A stretch of 32,000 nt of DNA from Legionella nautarum. GTDB lineage: Bacteria > Pseudomonadota > Gammaproteobacteria > Legionellales > Legionellaceae. Positions 1 through 8,589 of the stretch are shown here, piece by piece. Each line of letters starts with the position of its first letter. Position 1 is the stretch's first letter. The translations under genes and the position numbers were made by a program. The DNA lies in assembly GCF_001467895.1 (NCBI RefSeq), contig NZ_LNYO01000024.1, positions 242,519 through 274,518 on the forward strand, read 5' to 3'. The notes beneath the pieces are model-generated. The model was not told where the DNA came from and ran no database searches. It worked only from the letters and a program-made list of their open reading frames with translations.

Positions 1-260
1 TCGTTCTCAACCGGTTTCTCATTTTCATCAGAAGGCTTAGCTGGATGCATATTAAAGAAGCCTGCATACGCCATGATATTTTGCAAAATGTAGTGGTTGG
101 CACCGTCACCCGAATTATTAATTCTTTGAAAGAAGTGGTGTGCTGGATTAGGCGCTAAGGGATCTTTTTGCTTATTAGCATCACGAACTTCTAAAAAGTG
201 TAAAGAGGGGTAAACGAGCCTTTCTTTTAATAAGGCAGAAATTTCTTTTAAGCGTTGAAT
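1..260 (-). pseudogene. In-frame continuation of the repeat-module ORF past its TGA stop; open to the window edge
   Basis: The minus-strand frame of ORF 261..1181 stays open for all 86 codons from 260 to 1 (IQRLKEISALLKERLVYPSLHFLEVRDANKQKDPLAPNPAHHFFQRINNSGDGANHYILQNIMAYAGFFNMHPAKPSDENEKPVEN). Its first ~17 codons repeat the motif ISRLKEISASLKEKMVFSP encoded 510 bp upstream. There is no Met until 74..72, and no RBS there. Confidence 0.45.
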
Positions 261-1181
261 TCACGATTGATTAATTTGCTCCAACTCCCCTAGAGTATGC
301 AGCTTTATCATTCTGGAAGCTTGTTCATAATCATCGCTTGCAACGAATTTAGCAGCTTCATCTACTTCAGCATCAATCTGCCTAAGTAAAGAAAGTAATG
401 GGTCAAGATTACCCTCTTTCAACTGAGACATTCCCTTTTTAATGAGTGGAACACCAGTTTTTTCTCTTAATGTCTTAATAGGTCGCAAGGTGTTTGTAGA
501 AGCTATTTGCACTTCATAGTAGGCTTCAAGAAAGAGGCGCTGTATTTCATTGAAAGAAGCTGATTCTGATTGTGGAGAAGAATTCATTTGGTATGTACCC
601 GCATGATTCTTAATCATTTTTAAAAGCTCTGGATTACTAGCCAAAGTAGGACTCTGTGGACTAACACCTGTTTCTGAGTCATTTTTTTCTAGTGTTTTTT
701 CAAATTCCCTAGTAGGGCTAAAAACCATTTTTTCTTTTAATGAGGCAGAAATTTCCTTTAACCTACTAATTCCTCTAATATGCGATTTTAAAATTAGTTC
801 AGGAGCAGGATGATAAGAAGGTATATTGTTTCCATAGCGTGCGTAAAGGAAATTTGTATAGCTATAAAGTGCTTCAAAAAAATTTGGTAATTGCTTTTCA
901 TAATAACTAACATATTTATCAATATCTTTGATTAGCGCAAATATTGGATCAATTTTACCTTTTTTCAGGCTTGTAATAGCCATTTTAACTTTGTATGAAC
1001 CACTGTCGCCGCTTATACCGATTCCATTCCATTCATGGCGCCCTGCATCATAATGCTGAAGGCCTATAGGGTTATAAGCTTCATTTCCTAATTTTTGAAT
1101 TTCATGTATGCTTTTTTCTCTCATTTCTGGTCTATGGTTAATCAAGTTAGCATTATATTGTACAACTTTAAGATTAACCAA
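261..1181 (-). CDS. Hypothetical tandem-repeat protein (two ~170-185 aa units), effector-like; start codon uncertain
   Basis: 306-codon ORF. Internal repeat motifs are EIQKLGNEAYNP / EIQRLFLEAYYE, LKKGKIDPIFALIKDID / LKEGNLDPLLSLLRQID and RLKEISASLKEK. The ORF-track start is TTG directly after an in-frame stop. The first ATG is codon 20 and has no clear SD. Confidence 0.6.
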   Translation of the reverse strand: MVNLKVVQYNANLINHRPEMREKSIHEIQKLGNEAYNPIGLQHYDAGRHEWNGIGISGDSGSYKVKMAITSLKKGKIDPIFALIKDIDKYVSYYEKQLPNFFEALYSYTNFLYARYGNNIPSYHPAPELILKSHIRGISRLKEISASLKEKMVFSPTREFEKTLEKNDSETGVSPQSPTLASNPELLKMIKNHAGTYQMNSSPQSESASFNEIQRLFLEAYYEVQIASTNTLRPIKTLREKTGVPLIKKGMSQLKEGNLDPLLSLLRQIDAEVDEAAKFVASDDYEQASRMIKLHTLGELEQINQS

Positions 1182-1321
1182 ACCTTAACATAGCCTATTA
1201 TTAAGCAGTAAATAGCTTTTAATAATTTATTCGATAGTTCATGACCTCTGTACACAATATCCAATTGTATCTCTTGAAAAAAATGAAATTGAATTAAAAA
1301 TAAACGGGGCCGGTCTTTTTG

Positions 1322-2359
1322 TCAAAATGTTTGCTGAACCCCTGACTTTGGAGTGTTGTTATCATCATTGTTCAATAAGAAACGGATTCTTGTTTTATCA
1401 AAAAATCCGTGTTCACTCTGTTGATTTTGTTTATAATCTTGCTCTTCTCTTTTAGCCTCTTCAACAGTCTCATGGGTCGTAACCACGTACTCATTCGTAT
1501 TAGATTTATATCGATAATTCTGCGAAGTTGATGGCGTTTGTTCTTGCGCTAAAAGTGATTTGAGCCTTTCTATTTCTTCTCTTAGGCTTTCGATGAGTTC
1601 ATCTTTTGATTTTAATTGTTCTTCTAAGCTTTTCATCTGCTCTTTCACCTTAGCGGTCAACCCTTTTGTCTGGTTGGTCGGTTTCTTTTTAGCGATATGA
1701 GAGGTAACACCTGGGTGTTGATGCGGCTTGGTTTTCTCAGTTTCAGTTGAGATTGGGCGAGCTTGTGCTCGATTAGGTTGGGAGTGAGATTGTAACGCTT
1801 GGGACAGCACCTTTTTACATCGTTCAATCAAAGCAGGATGGGGAACCTGATGCGTTTTTTCGTATTCATATAAACTTTGATCACCTTCTTTTTCTGCTGC
1901 TTGACGGGCAATATCATAATCGATAAATGTAAGCCCGTATTTATCTTTAAGCCCAAAATTGCTTTTCTTTAATAAGCGTGATGCGCATTCAGTACGATTC
2001 ATGAAAAAAGCATACATCAAAGGGGTTAATTTGTTATGGTTCGCTAAATTAGGGTCAGCATTTTTTTCTAGTAAGGCTTCCAATAGCTCTGGTTTATCAT
2101 TCATTACACTAATGAATAGCGGTCTCGCACGATTTAATCCCCTATCTTTATCAATAAAATAAGTCGGTTGATTTACATCTATCCCTTCAAAATCAAGTAA
2201 TAATTTAACTGCCTCATCATTCTGCAAAGAAAAAGCTAGCCCTAAGGCTGTAAATCCTCCTTCACTTACTGCATTAACGTTGACTAGCTTTTCATCCTTT
2301 ATTTTTCTGATTGTATCTAAATCGTTGTTATCGATTGCATTAAAAAGAATATTGGTCAT
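1322..2359 (-). CDS. Ankyrin-repeat protein with C-terminal coiled coil (eukaryotic-like, effector-type)
   Basis: ANK-like units include GGFTALGLAFSLQNDEAVKLLLDFEGIDVN and NKLTPLMYAFFMNRTECASRLLKK. A heptad-rich segment (KVKEQMKSLEEQLKSKDELIESLREEIERLKSLL) follows. The ATG at 2359 is preceded by AAGGAG (ttggtaaggagaagagcaATG), so it is preferred over the TTG at 2377. Confidence 0.85.
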   Translation of the reverse strand: MTNILFNAIDNNDLDTIRKIKDEKLVNVNAVSEGGFTALGLAFSLQNDEAVKLLLDFEGIDVNQPTYFIDKDRGLNRARPLFISVMNDKPELLEALLEKNADPNLANHNKLTPLMYAFFMNRTECASRLLKKSNFGLKDKYGLTFIDYDIARQAAEKEGDQSLYEYEKTHQVPHPALIERCKKVLSQALQSHSQPNRAQARPISTETEKTKPHQHPGVTSHIAKKKPTNQTKGLTAKVKEQMKSLEEQLKSKDELIESLREEIERLKSLLAQEQTPSTSQNYRYKSNTNEYVVTTHETVEEAKREEQDYKQNQQSEHGFFDKTRIRFLLNNDDNNTPKSGVQQTF

Positions 2360-2716
2360 TGCTCTTCTCCTTACCAAGAAAACTTAATTATAAATAAATA
2401 ATACAATTTTTGTACAACGAAAATTTCTCTAGACCTGATTCCTGAAGGGAATTAATTCATGCTGGTGTTGGAGTGATATTTTCTTGAAATTGGCTACGTT
2501 CAGAAATTGTATATGGTCAAAAAAAAATTAGGCGGCTTGCACCTCATTGACCGAATTATTTTTGTTAATATCATTAACGAATTTTAGACCGTGAATAACA
2601 TCGGGCAAACTTCTTGAAGCTGCAAAGGCTTAGGCCAATGATGTTTGGCATTGTCACAGCTTGAAAACCTTCGTCAAAATGATCGTTATGGAAGCTGCCT
2701 TTGGATTTAAGTTGAG

Positions 2717-5700
2717 TTAAGGCAAAGTTTCTGCAGGAGATGGAGCAGAAATATCAGCTTTTATAAGAACTGGTTCTTGGTAAAGTATTGAAAATTTAAT
2801 TAAATTATCGCTCACAGTTGTAGCTTGGTTTTTCATTCGTCCATAATAATCGGTATCGTGTTGGGGAACGCCTGTTAGATCGACTATGGTTTCCAATTCT
2901 TTAAGTAGAATATCGCCAGAATTAAGCTCATTTTTTCTTATCTGAAAGTCGATATCGCTATTCGCGCACACAACAACTTTAAAAATGCATTGTGTTGGAT
3001 AGAGTAGTTTATTGAAATTAGAGTAGACAACATTAATTGAATCGATTTTTTCTTGCTCGCATTTATTCCATAGTGACTTTCTGAAAGAAAGTGCGTTATC
3101 TTCATTATCAAAAACTAGAGCCACAGAAGAAAAAAATTCTACCCCACCTAAACTAGTTTCAAATAGTCTACAAATCCTTACAAGCCCAAAGTCTTGCGCG
3201 ATTAGTTTTTGATTTGCGCTGGAAGTAGATGAGCTAGATGAAGTAGCAAGGTTAGAGTTCGATTGAGTGATAGGCTTTCTCTTAGCAACAATTTCTTGCG
3301 ATGGGTCTTCTAATAAGGCAGTATCGTTAGTAGTGCATGTATCATGCAATAATTCTTCTGATGATGCAGCATCGTGGGCGGGTGTTGTATCAATAAATGT
3401 TTCTTTCCTAATAGCTATAAATGCCTTATTTTTTTCTCTTAATAAAAAGGCATAAGTGAGGAAGTTCTGTTTATTGCTATAAAGATTATCACTCATAAAA
3501 GGAGCGCCTTTCTGAAACAAATCATGCTTTTCTGCAGGCTTCCAGGTTGAATTAGCTGGTGGTTTTATATGCTCATTTCCTTTATCATCAACCTCTCTAG
3601 GCCAATACCGGTAATCTTTTTTGTGATGATTTTCAATATCGCGCATGAAATCTATATGGCTGCTATTGAGTAGGCCTAATTGATCTAATTGACGACGAGA
3701 TCTGTGAAATTCATGAACCTCCTTAAAAGAAGCTAGTATTTCTCTTGTAATAGGCATTTTACTTAATTCTTGTTGAATTTTTGCAACATAAGCATCTTGT
3801 TGCGTACAAATTAAAAAAACTATTAAGTATTTTATTTGATGCATTTTCCTGGTGTTACTATAAAAATTTGCATAGGCCTGAGGATCATCGCTTTGAGAAA
3901 GCTCTTTAAGTGTTTTAAACAAATCTCTTGTTTTTTCATGGATAAATTTATCGATTACCGTGATGGTATCTTGATGATCCGTCAACTGGGCAAGAAAATA
4001 AGCTTTAAGGACAGGAATATTATCGTATAATCCTTCTTCTGTTGCTTCTAGCGATTTATATTGATTAAGGTAAAAATCGACAATATCAAAATCTTTTTTA
4101 TCTTCTAGAAATTGCTGAGACAGATAATCATTTAATTGCTGATGGATTTCTTGTTTAACACAATTCGCCATTCCGGGAATATTAACGAGTCTTAGAAATG
4201 TGATAGGCTTTTCTCCAAATTTTCTTTCCAAAATCCTTTTTTCCCCGTTCCTGATGAGCTGAATGTCTTTCTCAATTGACTCCTTAAAATTTTTAGTTTT
4301 CTCCTTTTCTATTGCTAATCTAATTTTATTTTTTAAGTCTTCTGAATAATATTGATCTAAGGATTGAATATCACCATAAGGTGGAACTTTAGCACGTGTT
4401 TTTCCGTATAAAAGACATACCGTGCCATCAGGAATTGCATAGCATTCATCGATATGTTCAGATAAATAGCGTCGAGCTAGATCTACCCATAAATGAAAAA
4501 TGTCATCTTCCGTATAATGAGGTGCTTGTTTACAAAAATGATGTTGACCTGAATATTCATAGATAGGTAATGTTTTGCCAGTTTGCTTGAAATAAGCTTG
4601 TTGTAAATAAATCGCTTCTAAAATAGCTCTATCCGGCTGATCAATAAATTCACTCATATCGTTATAGAGTACAGGATCACGGGTAAAATAAATGGCATCG
4701 ACTTCTGTGATTTTATAAGTTATTTCGTTATAGGCGAGAAGGGCACTACCATGAGGTGCTTCACCCCCCATTTTTTGTTTTCTAACTAACTGTTTAATTT
4801 TATTTTCTTTTTCTGTTGTGGACATAGTTTTATAAATAAAATTTTTCTTCTTTCCGCGTCCTGAATCACTATCTCTATTCGAAATACTGGTCATCGCTTC
4901 CAGTGTTGGATTAAGTATTAAAAATCCAGTGCTGGCATAGACATTACCGCCACGAATAAGCAAGATTGTAGAACGATTAGGATTGCCATTTTTTTCAAGG
5001 CGCTTAGCAGGATTATTAGCTCTTGTTGAGACTGTTGGCCGTCTTAGTGTCTTGTATATCTCTTGTTCAGCATAGGTTCCTTTTCGTTCATCCAACTTAG
5101 TTGAAGGCGCTCCAATTCCCCTTATCAGCAGTTTGCCTTCGTTGAGGGCAGCGGATAAATTTTCTTCAGTTAAACCGGCATTTTCATCAAAGCACTTATC
5201 CATATAAAACTTAAGCGATGATAATTCTTCCTTGTCGAGTAAATGAGTATGCAATTTTTGCAGCAGTGGGAATGAAGGGTATTTTCTATTTATCATAGCC
5301 TTATTTTTGTTAAAAATGCCTGGCCCTTCCAATTGCTTTTTGATAAGTGGATACGTTTTTGCCCTGGCATCGCCCTGCAGAGCGATTAAACTACGAACTT
5401 CATTAATAAGCGTGGCCATTTCCTCAAAAGCCATATCATTTTCTTTTGCAATTTTTTTATAAAAATCAAGGTAAGCAGCATCAAAAACATTTCGGGCACG
5501 GATAATATCCAGGCAATCCGCATCATGGATTAAGTTTTGATAAATATTCTTCGGTCTAGCCTGTGATTCTAACCATTCTCCCGTCTCAATATTCAATTCA
5601 AAATAAGGATTGTTTTCTTCGGCATCTTTATTAGCAACTGCTTCAGCTATTTGTTTTGCTTTTTGTTCCTTAATCCCCAAACGATTTACCAGAAAAGCAA

Positions 5701-6100
5701 ATAACAAAGTGGCACTTTCTTTATCCCAGCAATCCCTACCGTCATGTTTTCGTGCTGAATCATGGAAGAGGGCTGCAATTTGCAGTAAATAAAGATCATC
5801 TTCATCGATTATTTCTTTGTTATATCGGGCAAATAAATTAGCTAATACAGGAATGTAAAGAGCAACGCGGCTAACATGCTGAATTCCATGAGAAAAACGA
5901 GCTATTCCGTGATGTTCCTCGTTTGGACTTTTATGCACATAAGGAATAGAGTAAATATGTTCATAGGCCCAATCGGTAAGATCTGCAACGCTAGCCGCTG
6001 TTAATTTTTCAGGGTTATTAAATACGAGAGGGCTTAAATTTCTTTCTAAACATATCTGTTCAATTTTGGTTTGCAATTTGTCTACTCGAAAAATACGCAA
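2717..6100 (-). CDS. Large (1127 aa) multidomain protein with an N-terminal HD-superfamily phosphohydrolase domain (possibly SidE-type PDE-like); the rest is uncharacterised
   Basis: Classic HD pattern: SHGIQHVSRVA ... LLQIAALFHDSARKHDG ... NLIHDADCLDIIRAR (aa ~70-200, nt ~5500-5900). A Ser-rich linker (SSSSSTSS) sits near aa 950. There is no in-frame ATG before aa 222, so the start must be the TTG at 6100 or the 5' end is damaged. Confidence 0.8.
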   Translation of the reverse strand: MRIFRVDKLQTKIEQICLERNLSPLVFNNPEKLTAASVADLTDWAYEHIYSIPYVHKSPNEEHHGIARFSHGIQHVSRVALYIPVLANLFARYNKEIIDEDDLYLLQIAALFHDSARKHDGRDCWDKESATLLFAFLVNRLGIKEQKAKQIAEAVANKDAEENNPYFELNIETGEWLESQARPKNIYQNLIHDADCLDIIRARNVFDAAYLDFYKKIAKENDMAFEEMATLINEVRSLIALQGDARAKTYPLIKKQLEGPGIFNKNKAMINRKYPSFPLLQKLHTHLLDKEELSSLKFYMDKCFDENAGLTEENLSAALNEGKLLIRGIGAPSTKLDERKGTYAEQEIYKTLRRPTVSTRANNPAKRLEKNGNPNRSTILLIRGGNVYASTGFLILNPTLEAMTSISNRDSDSGRGKKKNFIYKTMSTTEKENKIKQLVRKQKMGGEAPHGSALLAYNEITYKITEVDAIYFTRDPVLYNDMSEFIDQPDRAILEAIYLQQAYFKQTGKTLPIYEYSGQHHFCKQAPHYTEDDIFHLWVDLARRYLSEHIDECYAIPDGTVCLLYGKTRAKVPPYGDIQSLDQYYSEDLKNKIRLAIEKEKTKNFKESIEKDIQLIRNGEKRILERKFGEKPITFLRLVNIPGMANCVKQEIHQQLNDYLSQQFLEDKKDFDIVDFYLNQYKSLEATEEGLYDNIPVLKAYFLAQLTDHQDTITVIDKFIHEKTRDLFKTLKELSQSDDPQAYANFYSNTRKMHQIKYLIVFLICTQQDAYVAKIQQELSKMPITREILASFKEVHEFHRSRRQLDQLGLLNSSHIDFMRDIENHHKKDYRYWPREVDDKGNEHIKPPANSTWKPAEKHDLFQKGAPFMSDNLYSNKQNFLTYAFLLREKNKAFIAIRKETFIDTTPAHDAASSEELLHDTCTTNDTALLEDPSQEIVAKRKPITQSNSNLATSSSSSTSSANQKLIAQDFGLVRICRLFETSLGGVEFFSSVALVFDNEDNALSFRKSLWNKCEQEKIDSINVVYSNFNKLLYPTQCIFKVVVCANSDIDFQIRKNELNSGDILLKELETIVDLTGVPQHDTDYYGRMKNQATTVSDNLIKFSILYQEPVLIKADISAPSPAETLP

Positions 6101-6217
6101 TGAGGCATATTTTATCCTTTTTCCCTTAAGAAAAGCTTAAGGTTAATATAAATATCCCATCTCCGCAGGAAGCTATTTGAAAAGGGTGATTGGATTTTAA
6201 GCCTCAATGAAATCGGG

Positions 6218-6226
6218 CTGATTCAA
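6218..6226. repeat. Target-site duplication (left copy), CTGATTCAA
   Basis: An identical 9-mer directly abuts both IS termini (6218-6226 and 7446-7454). Confidence 0.85.
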
Positions 6227-6250
6227 CTCTGCACAGGACAATTTTTATGA
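6227..6250. repeat. IS terminal inverted repeat (transposase 3' side)
   Basis: ctctgcacaggacaatttttatga is the exact reverse complement of 7422-7445. Confidence 0.9.
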
Positions 6251-7342
6251 GACAGGCCCCTGTTGCGCATTAAAGCTAAACAATTCGGATATACATACTC
6301 TAAATTGAGATATTTTATTACAAGGATTGATAAGTAAATCACGAATGAAATCGAGGCCATAACGAAAGAAAGAATTTTGAGGACGATTACTCTCACGATG
6401 GCGGTTAATTTTAATGGATTTTTTACGCGCTTTCCATTCGCCTATTTTATGTGCCCAACACATTCCAAGTGCTAATAAGGCCATTAATTTTTCGACTCGC
6501 TCTAAGGTTGTCATATGTGTTTCTTCAAAGCGAAATCCTCGTCCTTTTAAAGCATGGAAAAGACATTCTATTTCCCATCGTCTAAGATAGATGGAGATTG
6601 CATTTTTGGGAAGTCGATTAGTTGCAACAATCATTAATTCACCTTTTTCTGAGCGTGAACCTGCAATGAAAACCCGTTGTCCAAATAGTTCCACTGCCAT
6701 ATCAAATACTCTATGTTCTTTAGGGTTTAATTCTCTGAAAATTTTCTTGACAGTGAATAATTTTTTCTTCTTTATATGGACCATTGAGCCTTCTTTAATC
6801 CTAATATAAAAAGGAATATTATTTTTATTCAACCAGTTAAATAGACCGCCACTTCCATATTCACGATCACCTAATAGGCCTATGATTTGGGAGGAACCAA
6901 AGCATTTTAAAAAGCGATTTATCAACGCTTTTTGTTCTTTTATATTCGAGCTTCCTGCTTTAGGAAGGCAACTCCAAAACAAAGGAATAGAAATCCCTTC
7001 ATACGCAACCCCTAACATAAAAATATTAATTTTTTGTTTGCCCCAATACCAATTGGTTCTATCTATTGTTAAATAAATTTTTTGTGTGTTCGAGAAAAAC
7101 AATTTAAAGATTAATCGTGCAAAAATCGTATAATCAATTTTAAATTGTGCGAAAAACCGTTGAAGTCGTTTATAGCGAGAACTCAATTCTGCTTTAGAAG
7201 AAAACGCTACGGCTATTTCGCTTAAATTGACTGTCCGAACTACAAATAAAGCGAGTAACATTTTTACAAAACAATCTAACCTTGCCTTGTTCCAAGGAAG
7301 ATTTTCACCTAATATGCTCTTCAACTCGCTGATTTTATTCAT
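6245..7342 (-). CDS. IS4-family DDE transposase
   Basis: 365 aa. Candidate DDE residues lie in LTIDRTNW, LLGDREYGS and YLRRWEIECLFHALK. The last matches the IS4 signature Y-x2-R-x3-E-x6-K exactly. Confidence 0.92.
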   Translation of the reverse strand: MNKISELKSILGENLPWNKARLDCFVKMLLALFVVRTVNLSEIAVAFSSKAELSSRYKRLQRFFAQFKIDYTIFARLIFKLFFSNTQKIYLTIDRTNWYWGKQKINIFMLGVAYEGISIPLFWSCLPKAGSSNIKEQKALINRFLKCFGSSQIIGLLGDREYGSGGLFNWLNKNNIPFYIRIKEGSMVHIKKKKLFTVKKIFRELNPKEHRVFDMAVELFGQRVFIAGSRSEKGELMIVATNRLPKNAISIYLRRWEIECLFHALKGRGFRFEETHMTTLERVEKLMALLALGMCWAHKIGEWKARKKSIKINRHRESNRPQNSFFRYGLDFIRDLLINPCNKISQFRVCISELFSFNAQQGPVS

Positions 7343-7421
7343 ATAATCCTCTTTTTTGGCGAAAAGAATTATATGAAATTATTTTAAAATCAGTGAGTTA
7401 TTTCTTATGTATTCATCTTCT

Positions 7422-7445
7422 TCATAAAAATTGTCCTGTGCAGAG
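7422..7445. repeat. IS terminal inverted repeat (transposase 5' side)
   Basis: tcataaaaattgtcctgtgcagag is the exact reverse complement of 6227-6250. Confidence 0.9.
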
Positions 7446-7454
7446 CTGATTCAA
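7446..7454. repeat. Target-site duplication (right copy), CTGATTCAA
   Basis: Identical to 6218-6226. Confidence 0.85.
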
Positions 7455-7539
7455 TCAAAAGAGAATAAAATTAATACTTTCTTAATCTTCATTTTTTATA
7501 ATTGGAGGTTTGCAAAGTAATTATTAAGAGAGAATAGAT

Positions 7540-8409
7540 TTGAAAAGAAATAAAGCCCCCAAAGAAAGAACTAGTAAAAAACAGAATCTATTTAGGCGAT
7601 TTCCCATCCCGGAAGACAGGGAACAGTATCGTCGGGGTGTAGATGCCGGAAGAAGAGCAGCTAGATTGGGCTACCAAAAAAGAGAATATTTTAATAAAAA
7701 GCCTCCGGCCTACCAAGAAGGCTATAATGAGACATATGACCGGGTTAAAGCGACACTGAGTCAAGCTGAAATTGAAGCGAACAGGAAGCAAGAAAATGCA
7801 GCTTACAGATCCTACACAGAAAAAAAGCGCAAAATAAAACGAATAAAAGTAGGGGAGGAGTTACCTGTACAAGCGTCTGGTGTTTTAGCACAACAAGAAG
7901 TTAGAGATAAACCTATTAAATTTTATCAATCAACACAAGAAAATATTCCTTGGGGGAGCTTATTCAGTCAAATGCCTAAGCCGCAAGGCTCAATCTACTC
8001 GACTCAAGGGAATCATATTGGATTTTTTGAGAGTGAAAATTCTTTAAAGCAAAATAATTTAGAATTGATCTCAGAGAATAACTCTGAAGAGAGAGAAGAA
8101 TTATTAGAAATACTTCAGGGTGAAAATTACCTAAAACAAACCGATTCAGACGCCGTAGCAGGTAATAATTTAGAAGAGGAAGAAGAGTTAATAGAAATAT
8201 TGAAAGAATTCGACCTGCCCAATGGACAAGCTGAGAAAGGGCAAAATCTGACCTCTTTTGAAAATTCAGCCATGAATTCGCATAGGGGATTTTATGAGCC
8301 TGTTCACTCCAGTTTACTTGAGCACAGCCTTTTTTCTCCATCAACTGCTGAAAATTCAAGCGATAACAAAAAAGAAATGGATAATGGCAGTGAATTTTCT
8401 TTGTATTAA
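7540..8409 (+). CDS. Hypothetical protein with a basic N-terminus and an acidic repeat-bearing C-terminus (effector-like)
   Basis: 289-codon ORF. The only plausible start is the TTG at 7540, which has GAGAG 7 nt upstream. A duplicated ~50-bp segment encodes NNSEEREELLEILQGEN and NNLEEEEELIEILKEF (about 8080-8130 and 8164-8215). Confidence 0.55.
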   Translation: MKRNKAPKERTSKKQNLFRRFPIPEDREQYRRGVDAGRRAARLGYQKREYFNKKPPAYQEGYNETYDRVKATLSQAEIEANRKQENAAYRSYTEKKRKIKRIKVGEELPVQASGVLAQQEVRDKPIKFYQSTQENIPWGSLFSQMPKPQGSIYSTQGNHIGFFESENSLKQNNLELISENNSEEREELLEILQGENYLKQTDSDAVAGNNLEEEEELIEILKEFDLPNGQAEKGQNLTSFENSAMNSHRGFYEPVHSSLLEHSLFSPSTAENSSDNKKEMDNGSEFSLY

Positions 8410-8589
8410 ACTTCGAAGGTGCTTAGACCGCGTAATCCTTAATTTTGGTTTTATTGATTAAAAAAAAACGTATACACTAGCCAGACTAACTCTTTTAAAA
8501 AAGTCATTCAAAAAGCCAAGTTATAATTTGTTAAGATAAGATCCTGGGCTCAAACTTAAGGTCAGACTGAATAAGCGTGAGCCAGCTCA

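Larger units (their letters stand above)
6227..7445 (-). mobile_element. Intact IS4-family insertion sequence (1219 bp)
   Basis: Perfect 24-bp terminal inverted repeats: CTCTGCACAGGACAATTTTTATGA at 6227-6250, and its reverse complement at 7422-7445. It carries a single DDE transposase ORF and is flanked by a 9-bp direct repeat. Confidence 0.9.

Noticed and set aside
261-263. TGA read as selenocysteine or programmed read-through
   Set aside because: I see no SECIS-like stem-loop in the ~40 nt downstream, only a trivial GAAATTTC palindrome. Nothing in the window indicates selenoprotein machinery. A nonsense mutation or read error is more parsimonious.
2378-2716. 340-bp gap between the ANK gene and the giant gene, examined for a gene remnant, sRNA or toxin-antitoxin
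   Set aside because: All six frames are broken by stops within ~45 codons. I could not identify a recognisable motif, hairpin or repeat. It is left as unannotated non-coding DNA.
4700-5140. Possible R-S-E ADP-ribosyltransferase motif in the giant protein (LLIRG, ASTGF, then a Glu-containing segment, aa ~320-470)
   Set aside because: There is no ExE/QxE dyad, and the spacing does not match the SidE mART layout relative to the PDE-like domain. The resemblance rests on short, common tripeptides.
3267-5792. Small plus-strand ORFs (62, 64 and 60 aa) inside the 1127-aa gene; also 1959-2162, 6591-7076, 9412-9633, 15940-16146, 18729-19001 and 30287-30750
   Set aside because: All are antisense or off-frame within long, well-supported genes, as expected by chance in AT-rich DNA.
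7976-8359. 127-aa minus-strand ORF, considered as a possible cydB remnant
   Set aside because: It lies fully antisense to the better-supported 289-aa ORF. It is not hydrophobic, shows no CydB-like pattern and has no RBS.
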